Source: Verrucomicrobiota bacterium (GTDB taxonomy: Bacteria > Verrucomicrobiota > Verrucomicrobiia > Limisphaerales > Palsa-1400). Taken from it: DNA of 64,000 nt. The notes under the pieces were generated by a model. It worked only from the letters and a program-made list of their open reading frames with translations, was not told the DNA's origin and did no database searches. Position 1 is the stretch's first letter, and each line of letters begins with the position of its first letter. The stretch covers positions 1-64,000 of the forward strand of contig JBEKYR010000023.1 in the NCBI GenBank assembly GCA_049510745.1, written 5' to 3'. This document shows positions 19,782 through 29,762 of this stretch, piece by piece. Position numbers and translations under genes: made by a program.

Positions 19782-20796
19782 CTTTTACGAGTCCGGGGTA
19801 GGCGACACGATTGTTGTGACCTTTCCCTCAGGAGGACTGGGCCTGATTGACGCTCACCCATCGCAATATTCGCACCGTCCAAACATTCGTGACATCGTTC
19901 AGGGCAAAATTCTCCATTTTGTTTGTTTGACACATCCACATGCTGATCATGGCGTTGATTTAGTGCCTGTGATTCAGGAGCACCCGAATATCGCGGAATT
20001 TTGGCACACAATCTTTGAAGTGCCTGCCTTTATCTATGGTGCGGAACAGGCGGTGAATTTTCCAAGCCCAGTCAGAGAATTTGCCGCTCAGATGAATCAA
20101 GACTGGGGTGAATTCTTTTTCGATTTGCTTTACGCTGTTATTGATCGAAGAATTTCCCGCCATCTCCTGCGTAGCGATCAGCAACCCAGATTGATCGATG
20201 GAGTCGAAGTCCATTGCATCGGGCCGGACGAATCCGTTCAAAACAGCTACTTTAATGCTTACGTCAAGAAACTTAATGATCCCAGTGTCAAGCTGCCTGA
20301 TCCGAACTCTCTCTCTGCGATTCTCGCGCTGAAATTCGGGCAGGCGGTGGTGTTGCTCGGAGCGGATGCTCTCAAAGCAAATTGGGTAAATGCCGCCAAT
20401 CATTACCGGAAGCGAAGACTGGCCAAAGCATGTGTGCTCAAAGTGCCGCACCACGGAGCCAGAAACTCATTTGATCTTCAGAAGCACGCTGCCACGTATC
20501 TCGATCTTTGCTCGCGCAACCCGGACGCAAAGGCCGTTCTGTTCGCGGGCGATGCGAAGCATCCCGATTCATCCGTTTACGAAAAACTTCGGAATAGGAC
20601 GGAAGTCTTCTGTCTGTCCAACGGGTTGAAAGGAAAACAGGCTAATGCGAACCCCCTTCGCATAAATATTCCAGGCGCACGCGCGGTCAGTGCCGCGCCG
20701 GTTTGCAATCCTGTGGTTAGTTTTGAAATAGACGAAAATGCGATTGTAGCGACGCGCGCAGGCCAAAGCTGCGAAGCGTGTGCGGTGGCAGTTTAG
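19741..20796 (+). CDS. MBL-fold (ComEC/Rec2-like) metallo-hydrolase or nuclease
   Basis: GVGDT, LID, LTHPHADH, NSLS, LGADA and KVPHHG motifs; start uncertain (GTG 19741 or TTG 19717). Confidence 0.85.
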   Translation: MTSFSKSSARLKLDFYESGVGDTIVVTFPSGGLGLIDAHPSQYSHRPNIRDIVQGKILHFVCLTHPHADHGVDLVPVIQEHPNIAEFWHTIFEVPAFIYGAEQAVNFPSPVREFAAQMNQDWGEFFFDLLYAVIDRRISRHLLRSDQQPRLIDGVEVHCIGPDESVQNSYFNAYVKKLNDPSVKLPDPNSLSAILALKFGQAVVLLGADALKANWVNAANHYRKRRLAKACVLKVPHHGARNSFDLQKHAATYLDLCSRNPDAKAVLFAGDAKHPDSSVYEKLRNRTEVFCLSNGLKGKQANANPLRINIPGARAVSAAPVCNPVVSFEIDENAIVATRAGQSCEACAVAV

Positions 20797-20988
20797 GCAA
20801 GCAGCGAGGACCGGCCACCGCTTTCCTCTTCTCTCGAAATCCAAGCGAAGTGGGGGCGGGGGCCAAAAAAGCGCAACGTTTGACCGTCTCGTGCAACGGC
20901 GCAGCACTTTGTCGCTTGGACGATACAATTTTTCGAATTTTCCCTTGCGCAATCGGCCCGGCGGCTCGAAGATGGCCGCTCATTGGAT

Positions 20989-21064
20989 GGGGCGTTAGCT
21001 CAGTTGGTAGAGCGTCTGAATGGCATTCAGAAGGTGAGGGGTTCGAGACCCCTACGCTCCACCA
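20989..21064 (+). tRNA. tRNA-Ala (GGC)
   Basis: 76-nt cloverleaf GGGGCGT...ACGCTCC-ACCA, G3:U70 pair, anticodon arm TCTGA-ATGGCAT-TCAGA, TTCGA T-loop. Confidence 0.97.
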
Positions 21065-21086
21065 TCCAATTCTCCTCGCTCCAATT

Positions 21087-23534
21087 ATGAAGTATGGACA
21101 TTTCGACGACGCCAAACGGGAATACGTCATCACCCGACCCGACACCCCGCTGCCCTGGATCAATTATCTGGGCTGCGAAGCGTATTTCGGACTGATCTCC
21201 AACACCGCCGGCGGCTATTCCTTCTATCGGGACGCCCGCCTGCGGCGCCTGACGCGCTATCGCTACAACAACGCCCCCTTTGACTTCGGCGGGCGCTACC
21301 TCTATCTCCGCGACAATGAAACGGGCGAATTCTGGTCGCCCTCGTGGCAGCCCACCCGCACCCGGCTCGACCGGTACGAATGCCGCCACGGCATGGGCTA
21401 TACGATCATCGAGTCCAGTCGCCGCAAGATCGAGGCGCAAACCTGCTACTTCGTGCCGCTGGGCGAAACGTTGGAAATCTGGAAATCCTCCGTGACCAAC
21501 CGCCGCAAGCGTCCGGCGAAGCTTTCCCTTTTTTCCAGCATCGAATTCTGCCTGTGGGACGCGCAGGACGACGCGACCAATTTCCAGCGCAACTTCAGCA
21601 CCGGCCAGGTCGAGATTGTGGACGGGGTCATCTATCACAAGACCGAGTATCGCGAGCGGCGCAATCATTTCGCCTTCTTTGCCTGCTCGGAGAAACTGGC
21701 CGGGTTCGACACCCAACGGGACACGTTCCTGGGCGCTTACCGCAGTTGGGACAACCCGGCGGCGGTGGAGCGGGGCAAATCGTTCAATTCCGTCGCGCAC
21801 GGCTGGTCGCCGCACGGGTCCCACCACGTCAAAGTGAATTTGAAGCCCGGCGAAACGAAGGAAATCATTTTCGTCCTCGGCTACCACGAGAATCCTGTGG
21901 ACCAAAAATTCGACCCGCCGGCTTCCCAGACGATCAACAAGCGGAGCGTCAAACCGATCATCGCCAAATATCTGGACGGCAAAAACATCAGGGCGGCCTT
22001 CGACGGACTGCGCCGGTATTGGGACGGGTTGCTGGGGGTTTATCAGGTGGATTCGCCCGACCTCCACGCCAATCGGATGGTCAACATCTGGAATGCCTGC
22101 CAGTGCATGGCCACCTTCAACATGTCGCGCTCGGCGTCGTTCTACGAATCGGGCATTGGACGGGGGCTGGGCTTCCGCGATTCGAACCAGGACCTGCTCG
22201 GATTTGTCCAGATGGTGCCGGCCCGCGCGCGCGAACGCATCCTGGACATCGCCGCGACCCAACTGGCCAGCGGCGGCGCGTTTCATCAGTATCAACCGCT
22301 GACCAAGCGCGGGAACAACGACATCGGCAGCGGGTTCAACGACGATCCGCACTGGCTCACGCTGGGCGTGGCCGCGTACCTCAAGGAAACCGGCGACTGG
22401 AGCATCCTCGACGAGCCGGCGCCGTTCGAGAACGAAGACGGCTCGGAGCAGCCGCTCTACGAACACCTGCGCCGCAGTTTCAATTACACCCTCGAACGGC
22501 TGGGCCCGCACGGCCTGCCGCTCATTGGCCGCGCCGACTGGAACGATTGCCTGAACCTCAATTGCTTCTCCGACACGCCGGGCCAATCCTTCCAGACCAC
22601 CACCAACAAGGAGGGCAAAATTGCCGAGTCGGTTTTCATCGCCGGCCTGTTTGTGCTGGCGGGCAAGGAACTGGCCGCGATGGCGCGCAAACGCCAATTG
22701 AACGACGAGGCCGAACGCTATCTGGCTGAAGCCGCCAAGATGGAGAAGGTCATCTGCCAGCATGGCTGGGACGGAAAATGGTTCGTGCGCGCCTACGATG
22801 ATTTTGGCAGGCCCGTCGGCTCGAAGGTCTGCAAGGAAGGGAAGATTTTCATCGAATCACAAGGCATCTGCATCATGGCCGGCATCGGCCTGCAGGACGG
22901 CAAGGCCAGGCTTGCGCTCGAATCGGTGAACAAGCATCTGGCCACCCCGCACGGCCTGGTCCTTTTGCACCCTGCCTTCACCAGGTATTACATCGAGTTG
23001 GGCGAAATCTCCTCGTACCCGCCGGGTTACAAGGAAAACGCCGGCATTTTCTGCCACAACAACCCGTGGATCATCATTGCCGAGACCATGGTGGGCAACG
23101 GGAACCGCGCCTTCGATTACTACACTCGCATCAATCCGTCCGCGCGCGAGAAGATCGGCCAGTTGCACCGCTGCGAGCCTTATGTCTTCGCGCAAATGAT
23201 TGCGGGCAAGGACGCGCCCACCCACGGCGAAGCCAAGAACTCCTGGCTCACCGGCACGGCCGCGTGGACCTATTTCACCGCCACGCAATGGATTTTTGGC
23301 GTTCGCAGCGACTATGACGGTTTGCTGATTGATCCCTGCATTCCGGCAAACTGGAAAGGATTCAAAGTCCGCCGCGTTTTTCGGGGTGAAACATTTCACA
23401 TCGAAGTGCGCAATCCGCAAGGCGTCATGAAGGGCGTGCGCCGCGTTGTGATGGACGGCGTCGAAATCCCGGATCAGTTGCTCCGTCCGACGGGTGACGG
23501 CGGGGAGCATGACATCCTGGTGGAAATGGGCTGA
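21087..23534 (+). CDS. GH94 glycoside phosphorylase (cellobiose/chitobiose phosphorylase)
   Basis: MKYGHFDD..REYVI, PWINYLG, GFRDSNQD, RADWNDCLNL, KENAGIFCH, SWLTGTAAW. Confidence 0.93.
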   Translation: MKYGHFDDAKREYVITRPDTPLPWINYLGCEAYFGLISNTAGGYSFYRDARLRRLTRYRYNNAPFDFGGRYLYLRDNETGEFWSPSWQPTRTRLDRYECRHGMGYTIIESSRRKIEAQTCYFVPLGETLEIWKSSVTNRRKRPAKLSLFSSIEFCLWDAQDDATNFQRNFSTGQVEIVDGVIYHKTEYRERRNHFAFFACSEKLAGFDTQRDTFLGAYRSWDNPAAVERGKSFNSVAHGWSPHGSHHVKVNLKPGETKEIIFVLGYHENPVDQKFDPPASQTINKRSVKPIIAKYLDGKNIRAAFDGLRRYWDGLLGVYQVDSPDLHANRMVNIWNACQCMATFNMSRSASFYESGIGRGLGFRDSNQDLLGFVQMVPARARERILDIAATQLASGGAFHQYQPLTKRGNNDIGSGFNDDPHWLTLGVAAYLKETGDWSILDEPAPFENEDGSEQPLYEHLRRSFNYTLERLGPHGLPLIGRADWNDCLNLNCFSDTPGQSFQTTTNKEGKIAESVFIAGLFVLAGKELAAMARKRQLNDEAERYLAEAAKMEKVICQHGWDGKWFVRAYDDFGRPVGSKVCKEGKIFIESQGICIMAGIGLQDGKARLALESVNKHLATPHGLVLLHPAFTRYYIELGEISSYPPGYKENAGIFCHNNPWIIIAETMVGNGNRAFDYYTRINPSAREKIGQLHRCEPYVFAQMIAGKDAPTHGEAKNSWLTGTAAWTYFTATQWIFGVRSDYDGLLIDPCIPANWKGFKVRRVFRGETFHIEVRNPQGVMKGVRRVVMDGVEIPDQLLRPTGDGGEHDILVEMG

Positions 23535-23540
23535 GCCGCG

Positions 23541-24158
23541 TTATTTCCAGGCAAGAATTTCCGGCTGCTTGCGAGGCACGGGCGGTGTCTCGCCTGCGGG
23601 CACGCCCACAATGATCGGCGCGATGGCCGTCATTTCAGCGGGGATTTTTAATTCAGCCTTCCACTCCGGCGTGTTCAGCGCCGAAACCGCAAAGCCGATG
23701 ACGCACGTGCCAAGCCCTTTTGCGCGGGCGGCAAGCATCAGGTTTTCCGCCGCCAGCCAGCAGTCCGCCACGACCCACGGCCCTTGGAATTTGCCGTAGA
23801 TGACGATCAGCGTGGCGGCGTTGTAAAACACATGGAAATCCGGTTTGTTCACCAGATCAAGCGCGCGTTTTGCATGGTGGGAATCGGAAGCTTGCGCCTC
23901 GTTGCGCACCCGTTCTTTGGCGCTGTCCGACAACCGGTTCAGCAGGGTCCGATCCTGAATGACGGCAAATGACCACGGCTCCTCGTGCATGGCGGTGGGG
24001 GCGTGGACGGCGGCATCGAGCAAAGTGCGGATGACAGCTTGGTCGATTGTCAGCGGCGCATAGTCGCGCACGGAGCGTCGATGATAGATGGCCTCCATCG
24101 CGCTCATGGAAACTTCCGGTTGGGCGGTCTTGGGCGGTTTCGCCATAGGTTTCTCCAT
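23541..24158 (-). CDS. Nitroreductase family protein
   Basis: RRSVRDY, APTAMHEEPWSF, AAENLMLAARAKGLGTC; start approximate. Confidence 0.9.
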   Translation of the reverse strand: MEKPMAKPPKTAQPEVSMSAMEAIYHRRSVRDYAPLTIDQAVIRTLLDAAVHAPTAMHEEPWSFAVIQDRTLLNRLSDSAKERVRNEAQASDSHHAKRALDLVNKPDFHVFYNAATLIVIYGKFQGPWVVADCWLAAENLMLAARAKGLGTCVIGFAVSALNTPEWKAELKIPAEMTAIAPIIVGVPAGETPPVPRKQPEILAWK

Positions 24159-24607
24159 TGGGGGGACTCTGCCGGGTTTTGTCAATCGTTTTGCGCGGCG
24201 GTCGGCGGCGCGCGCCTCTCAGTTTTTGGCAGGGATCGGACATGGTCGCAGGAGGTGCAAAAACCGGGATACGCCCGTCGGCCTCTCCATTCCACATTTT
24301 TCTCGACAGAGGGGGAATTCAAACTTAGACTCCCCGCATTCCGGCTCCAATGCGGGGAGTCTCAATTTTAAATTCGCCTTAATTCATGGCGATGCCCTCA
24401 CTCTGTTCACCAAATGGCGCCTGTCGCCGCGCCCTGATTTGCGCCGGGGCGATGTCGGCGGGAGGGACCGAGCCCGCCTGCGCGCTGCGGCGGCGTCCCG
24501 GCCTGGGGATTGTCCAAAAACTTCCGTCGCCAATGGCGACTGAGTTTGCTGAGATGCGCCCGGCGGCGCCAATTGACAGGCGGCGCCGACGGGGGCAGAT
24601 TGACGCG

Positions 24608-24835
24608 GTGACGCTCAAGACCCTAAAGGAACGGTGCGACGCGGCGCCGTTCAAGCCCTTTGAAATTCATCTGGCGGACGGGCGCGCGCTGCCGGTTGCC
24701 ACGCCGGACCATCTGTTCTTCATGCCGAATAATCGTGAGTTTTTCGTGGTCCTGCCCGATGACGGATTCCGGTTTGTTGACTTGAACCAGGTGGTCGGCG
24801 TTGGGCGCGGCCCGGCCCGGGCCAAGGCGCATTAA
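24608..24835 (+). CDS. Small conserved hypothetical protein
   Basis: PFKPFEIHLADGRAL..PDH; preceded by TTGACA-17-CAGATT with GTG 6 nt later. Confidence 0.7.
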   Translation: MTLKTLKERCDAAPFKPFEIHLADGRALPVATPDHLFFMPNNREFFVVLPDDGFRFVDLNQVVGVGRGPARAKAH

Positions 24836-24839
24836 CCGC

Positions 24840-25787
24840 ATGGACAGCGGCCCGTCGCTTTTTTCCACAGTGCGGACGTGGGCCGGGTTCATCAAGTTTT
24901 CCCATACGGTCTTTGCCTTGCCCTTCGCGCTGGCGTCGATGGCAGTGGCGGCGCGCGATCAACACGGCTGGCCCGGCTGGCGGATTTTCCTGCTCATCCT
25001 CGCCGCCATGGTCTGCGCCCGGACTTGCGCGATGGCGTTCAATCGCATCGCCGACCGCCAGTTTGACCGCGACAATCCCCGCACCGCGTCGCGCCATTTG
25101 CCGGAGGGCCGGATTTCGCTGGCGGGCGCCTGGACGTTGTGCCTGGCGGGCGGGGCGGGCTTGATCGCTGTGAGTTACTTCATCAATCCCCTTTGTTTTC
25201 GGCTGTCGCCGGTCGCGCTTTTTGTCGTCTGCTTTTATTCGCTGACAAAACGGTTTACGGATTTCACGCATGTCTTCCTCGGATTGGCCCTGGCCCTGGC
25301 GCCGGTCGGCGCGTGGCTGGCGGTCAAGGGGGATTTTCGCCTGTTCCCGGCGGAACACGGTTGGGGGAACGTTTTCCAATACAGCGCCGTCCTGCCGTCG
25401 CTGCTGGCGGCGGCGGTGGTGTTCTGGCTCATTGGTTTTGACATCATTTACGCGTTGCAGGATTACGAGTTTGACCGGCGGCGCGGATTGCATTCGCTGG
25501 TGGTGCGGTGGGGGGTGGGCAACGCCCTCTCGGCGTCGTTCATCGCGCACTTGCTGATGTGGGGAATCCTGGCGGCGTTCGGGCTTTTGGCGGGATTCCG
25601 TTTTGCCTACTACGTGGGCCTGCTGTTCATTTTGGGATGCCTGGTCCTGGAACATTGGCTGGCGCGGCGCCGCAGTTTGAGTTGGATCAACCACGCCTTT
25701 TTTCGCCTCAATGCCGTCATCAGCGTGGTGTTTCTGGTTGTGACTCTGACCGAAATTGTGTTTCCATTCATGCGGTTTATCAGGTGA
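24840..25787 (+). CDS. mqnP: UbiA-like polyprenyltransferase (MqnP-like)
   Basis: KFSHTVFALPFA, MAFNRIADRQFDRDNPRT, GFDIIYALQD; clustered with mqnE/mqnA. Confidence 0.85.
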   Translation: MDSGPSLFSTVRTWAGFIKFSHTVFALPFALASMAVAARDQHGWPGWRIFLLILAAMVCARTCAMAFNRIADRQFDRDNPRTASRHLPEGRISLAGAWTLCLAGGAGLIAVSYFINPLCFRLSPVALFVVCFYSLTKRFTDFTHVFLGLALALAPVGAWLAVKGDFRLFPAEHGWGNVFQYSAVLPSLLAAAVVFWLIGFDIIYALQDYEFDRRRGLHSLVVRWGVGNALSASFIAHLLMWGILAAFGLLAGFRFAYYVGLLFILGCLVLEHWLARRRSLSWINHAFFRLNAVISVVFLVVTLTEIVFPFMRFIR

Positions 25788-26950
25788 ACGCTCTTCTGGC
25801 GCATAGCGAATTGAACGATCTTTACGAAAAGGTCGCGGCGGGCCAACGCATCAACGAGCCGGACGCGCTGCGGCTCTTCGAGAGCAAGGACCTCAACGCC
25901 CTGGGGGCCATCGCCCGGCTGGTGTGCGAGCGCAAAAATGGCCGGCACGCCAGCTACATCCTCAACCGCTACATCAATTACTCCAATTACTGCATCTTGA
26001 GCTGCCAGTTCTGCGCGTTCGCCCGCAAGAAGCGCGACGCCGACGGCATGCAGTTGACCGTCGAGGAAATCGTGCAGAAAGCGCGCGAGGCGCTGGCGGC
26101 GGGCGTGACGGAGTTGCACATCGTCGGCGGATTGCATCCCTCGTTGCCGTTCAGTTACTACACGGAGATGCTGCGGGCATTGAGGGCTCTGGATGCGCGC
26201 CTGCAATTGAAGTGCTTCACGGCCATCGAAATTTTGCATCTGGCGTGGCTGGCGAAAAAACCGGTGCGCGAAACCCTGCTGGCGCTACGGGAAGCGGGCC
26301 TGGACTCGTTGACCGGCGGCGGCGCGGAAATTTTCCGCAAGGAAATCCGCTCCCAAATCGCCCGAGGCAAAGAGTCGGCCGAGGAATACCTGGACGTTCA
26401 CCGCCTCTGGCATCAATTGGGCGGCCGCAGCACCTGCACGATGCTCTACGGCCACGTCGAATCGCAGGCCGACCGGGTCGATCATCTCCGGCTCCTGCGC
26501 GGGTTGCAGGATGAAACGCGCGGGTTCACCGGGTTTGTGCCGCTGCCCTACCAGCCGGAGAACAACGGGATTCCGGTGAAGGTTGCGCCGACGGGTTTCG
26601 ACTCGTTGCGCACCATCGCGGTCAGCCGCATTTACCTGGACAACTTCGACCATATCACGGCCTACTGGGTGGGATTGAGTTTGAAACTGGCGCAAGTGGC
26701 GTTGAGCTACGGCGCGGATGATTTGCACGGGACCATTCTGGAGGAGCACATCTTTCACATGGCGGGCGCCCAAACGCCGCAACGCCACTCCGAATCCGAA
26801 ATGATCAAGGCCATCCGCGAGGCGGGCCGCATTCCCGTGCAGCGCGACACGTTTTATCGACCGGTGAAAATCTGGGACGGCCAGGCCCCGCCGGCGCCGG
26901 AGCCTTCGAGCGTGTCCAAAATCCTGGAGCGCAACCTGGCCTCCGCTTGA
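25784..26950 (+). CDS. mqnE: Aminodeoxyfutalosine synthase (radical SAM)
   Basis: CILSCQFC, GGGAEIF, HITAYW...AQVALSYGADDLHGT. Confidence 0.85.
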   Translation: MNALLAHSELNDLYEKVAAGQRINEPDALRLFESKDLNALGAIARLVCERKNGRHASYILNRYINYSNYCILSCQFCAFARKKRDADGMQLTVEEIVQKAREALAAGVTELHIVGGLHPSLPFSYYTEMLRALRALDARLQLKCFTAIEILHLAWLAKKPVRETLLALREAGLDSLTGGGAEIFRKEIRSQIARGKESAEEYLDVHRLWHQLGGRSTCTMLYGHVESQADRVDHLRLLRGLQDETRGFTGFVPLPYQPENNGIPVKVAPTGFDSLRTIAVSRIYLDNFDHITAYWVGLSLKLAQVALSYGADDLHGTILEEHIFHMAGAQTPQRHSESEMIKAIREAGRIPVQRDTFYRPVKIWDGQAPPAPEPSSVSKILERNLASA

Positions 26951-26956
26951 GTTCCA

Positions 26957-27841
26957 ATGTCTCTTCCCGAAGAAATGCCCAAACTGCGCCTGGCCCCGCC
27001 GGAAACGCCGGAGGAATTGGCCCGCCGCTTCGCCCGCGAAACCCGCCCGGCCCTGCTGCAACGGGAATCCCAACTGGAAAACTCGCTGGGCCAATTCAGA
27101 GTCGGCTCCGTGCCCTACCTCAACGCCGCGCCGCTCACCCGCGGGCTGGAGGACCAAATTCTTTTTGCCCCGCCCTCGGAACTGGCCCGGCGGTTGCAGT
27201 GCGACGAATTGGACGCCGCCCTGGTCAGCGTCACGGAAGTTTTGCTGCGCGACCGCTACGACGTTTTGGACGGCGTGGCCGTGGCCTCGCTGGGCGAGGT
27301 CAAAAGCGTTTTCCTGGCCCACCGGCAGCCGTTGGAGGAGGTGCGGGAAATTTATTGCGACACCGCCTCGCTCGCCAGCCTGAACCTGCTGAAGGTCCTA
27401 TTGGCGGAACAGGGCCTCAAACCGGCGCTGCTGCCGTTGTCCGGCTACGACGCGGCCCCCGCGCTGGAGAACGTTCTGCTCATCGGCGATCAGGCGCTGC
27501 GCTTCGTCCGCGCCGCGCCGCCGCACGAGATTTGGGATTTGGGCGCGGCCTGGTTCGAGTTGACACGGCTCCCGTTTGTTTACGCGGTCTGGGCGTTGCG
27601 CCGCATCGACAACGAGCCGCTGCGCCGCCGCCTGCGCGAGGCGAAAAACTTCGGGCTGGACACACTGGACGACATCATCGCCAGCCGGCCGGAATTTGAC
27701 TATGCCTTCCGCAAGGACTATCTGGGCTGGCACATTCATTATCATCTGGGCGCGGAGGAACGGCGCGGCATCGCCCGCTTCATCGAATTGCTGCGCCGGC
27801 ACGGCCTGGGGCCGGCGCATGAGCCGCGGTTTGTTTCCTAA
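26957..27841 (+). CDS. mqnA: Chorismate dehydratase
   Basis: VGSVPYLNAAPL, LLIGDQAL, DLGAAWFELTRLPFVYAVW. Confidence 0.9.
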   Translation: MSLPEEMPKLRLAPPETPEELARRFARETRPALLQRESQLENSLGQFRVGSVPYLNAAPLTRGLEDQILFAPPSELARRLQCDELDAALVSVTEVLLRDRYDVLDGVAVASLGEVKSVFLAHRQPLEEVREIYCDTASLASLNLLKVLLAEQGLKPALLPLSGYDAAPALENVLLIGDQALRFVRAAPPHEIWDLGAAWFELTRLPFVYAVWALRRIDNEPLRRRLREAKNFGLDTLDDIIASRPEFDYAFRKDYLGWHIHYHLGAEERRGIARFIELLRRHGLGPAHEPRFVS

Positions 27842-27842
27842 A

Positions 27843-28778
27843 ATGGAAACCGTCACGCTTGCCCGCAACGCCATGGCGACGCGCTTTGAATTGGTGTTGC
27901 ATGGCGAAAACGCCGGCCGGCTTCGCGCCGCCGGAGAGGAAGCGCTGGCCGAAGTGGACCGGCTGGAGGCGCGCTTGAGCCTCTACCGGCCTTCGAGCGA
28001 AATCGCCCGCGTCAACGCCCAAGCCGCGCGGCAGCCGGTGCGGGTCAGCCCGCCGGTCTTTCGCCTGCTGCAACACGCCCAACAACTCCATCGCGAAACC
28101 GGCGGGGCGTTTGACATCGCCCTCGCGCCATTGGTGCGCTGCTGGGGATTCATGGACGGCGCGGGCCGCGTGCCCGGCCCCGCCGAGATCGCCCAAGCCC
28201 GCCAGCGCACCGGCTTCCGTCATATTAGTCTTGACGAAGCGGATTTTTCCGTGCGCTTCGACCGGGAGGGCGTGATGATTGACCTCGGCGCGATTGGCAA
28301 AGGCTGCGCCATCGACCGCGCCGCGGACATTTTGCGGGAGGCCGGCCTGACCAGCGCGCTGCTGCACGGCGGGACGAGCACTGTCTATGGCCTCGGCTGC
28401 CCGCCCGACAGCGAAGGCTGGAAGGTGGCCATCGCCCAAGCGCCGGACGGGCCGAAGCTCCAGGCCGCCGTCGTGCTGCGCGACAACGCCTTGTCCGTCT
28501 CGGCGGTCTGGGCAAGATGCTTCGAAGCCGGCGGCAGGAAATACGGGCATGTCATCGATCCCCGCACGGGCCATCCTGTCAACAATTCCGTCCTCGCCGC
28601 CGTCGGACTCCCCTCGGCCACGGAAACCGACGCCCTTTCGACGGCGCTGCTGGTGGCGGGATTGGACGGCCACGAAGCCATCGCCAGACTGCGCCCGGAC
28701 ATGCGCACTTTGGTCATGGCCGGGGCGGAGCAAAACTTCCGCACGGAAAGCAAGGGGATCACGCTGTCCGGCGGGTGA
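27843..28778 (+). CDS. apbE: FAD:protein FMN transferase
   Basis: AMATRF, DLGAIGKG, YGHVIDPRTG, DALSTAL. Confidence 0.92.
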   Translation: METVTLARNAMATRFELVLHGENAGRLRAAGEEALAEVDRLEARLSLYRPSSEIARVNAQAARQPVRVSPPVFRLLQHAQQLHRETGGAFDIALAPLVRCWGFMDGAGRVPGPAEIAQARQRTGFRHISLDEADFSVRFDREGVMIDLGAIGKGCAIDRAADILREAGLTSALLHGGTSTVYGLGCPPDSEGWKVAIAQAPDGPKLQAAVVLRDNALSVSAVWARCFEAGGRKYGHVIDPRTGHPVNNSVLAAVGLPSATETDALSTALLVAGLDGHEAIARLRPDMRTLVMAGAEQNFRTESKGITLSGG

Positions 28779-28813
28779 ACTGCCGCGCTTTACTGCTGCC
28801 GGAGGCGGAAGAA
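28699..28813 (+). repeat. 115-bp direct repeat, copy 1
   Basis: 8 mismatches versus 29648-29762 by manual alignment. Confidence 0.92.
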
Positions 28814-28937
28814 ACAGTTTCCATCAGGCCGCTTGCCCACGCCAAGAGCGCCCCCTTCTCAAACAACTTCCGGTCTGAATGACGCTGCGCCGCCGCTTGC
28901 AATCCTGCTCGATTCAGGGCAATGTTTAACCGGTTGA

Positions 28938-29243
28938 ATGAAAGAGAATGGCAAAGCCCAGCGCGTCGAATTAGGCCGGTACATCGTGGCCGACCCGAAG
29001 ATTTGCCACGGCCAACCGACGTACAAAGGGACGCGTATCATGGCTTGGATTGTCTTGGAACAAATTGAGCGGGGGATGACATGGGATGAAATCGCGGGTG
29101 AATGGGATGGACAAGTTTCCCGTCCCGCCATTGCCGAGACGATGGCGCTTTCTCACTTGATCAGAAAGGGCGAACCGTTCCAAGGCTTCCATGCTGGTAA
29201 TCGACGAAAACCTTCCCGCCAGTCAACGCCAATTGCTGCGTAA
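28938..29243 (+). CDS. DUF433 family antitoxin
   Basis: IVADPKICHGQPTYKGTRI. Confidence 0.88.
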   Translation: MKENGKAQRVELGRYIVADPKICHGQPTYKGTRIMAWIVLEQIERGMTWDEIAGEWDGQVSRPAIAETMALSHLIRKGEPFQGFHAGNRRKPSRQSTPIAA

Positions 29244-29580
29244 ATGGCGCCTTCATTTTCGCGCCGTCGGCATTGACATTGCCGCGCCGGGGACGCAGGA
29301 CGAGAATCTGATTCCCGTTTTGCGCAAATTGGCGGAGCCAATGTTCTTCACGCTGGACCAACATTTCTTCCGCGCGGATTGGGTGCATGCTTCCTACGGA
29401 CTGGCTTGGCTGGACGTTGCCGATAATGAAGCGGCTGAATTTATCCGGCGTTTTCTGCGGCATCCTGCATTTGACACGCAATTCAATCGATTGGGCGTCG
29501 TGGCGCGGGTCGGCGCCGCTGGCGTGCGCTTCTGGCGCAAAGGCCAACCCCATTTGCAAAGAGTGGAGTGGTCCATTTGA
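29191..29580 (+). CDS. PIN-like (DUF5615/VapC45-type) toxin
   Basis: MLVIDENLP...DENL...FFTLDQHF; paired with DUF433. Confidence 0.8.
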   Translation: MLVIDENLPASQRQLLRKWRLHFRAVGIDIAAPGTQDENLIPVLRKLAEPMFFTLDQHFFRADWVHASYGLAWLDVADNEAAEFIRRFLRHPAFDTQFNRLGVVARVGAAGVRFWRKGQPHLQRVEWSI

Positions 29581-29647
29581 GCAGGGTCTGGAACTCGCCC
29601 CGCCCGCCGGAACGCGAGCGAACGAAGCCCAGGCCGCGAAGCCGAAC

Positions 29648-29762
29648 ACATGCGCACTTTGGTCATGGCCGGGGCGGAGCAAAACTTCCGCGCGGAAAGC
29701 AAGGGGATCACGCTGTCCGGCTGCTGAAATGCCGTGCCCTACTGCTGCTGGAGGCGGAAGAA
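29648..29762 (+). repeat. 115-bp direct repeat, copy 2 (duplicated apbE 3' end)
   Basis: Near-identical to 28699-28813. Confidence 0.92.

Noticed and set aside
21040..21064. tRNA-Ala 3' end as an integration (att) site
   Set aside because: No duplicate of the tRNA end and no integrase were noticed by eye
20778..21086. N-terminal extension of the GH94 ORF
   Set aside because: It runs through tRNA-Ala; the family-typical start MKYGHFDD is at 21087
28699..29762. Diversity-generating retroelement TR/VR pair
   Set aside because: Mismatches are not adenine-specific on either strand and no reverse transcriptase is present in the window
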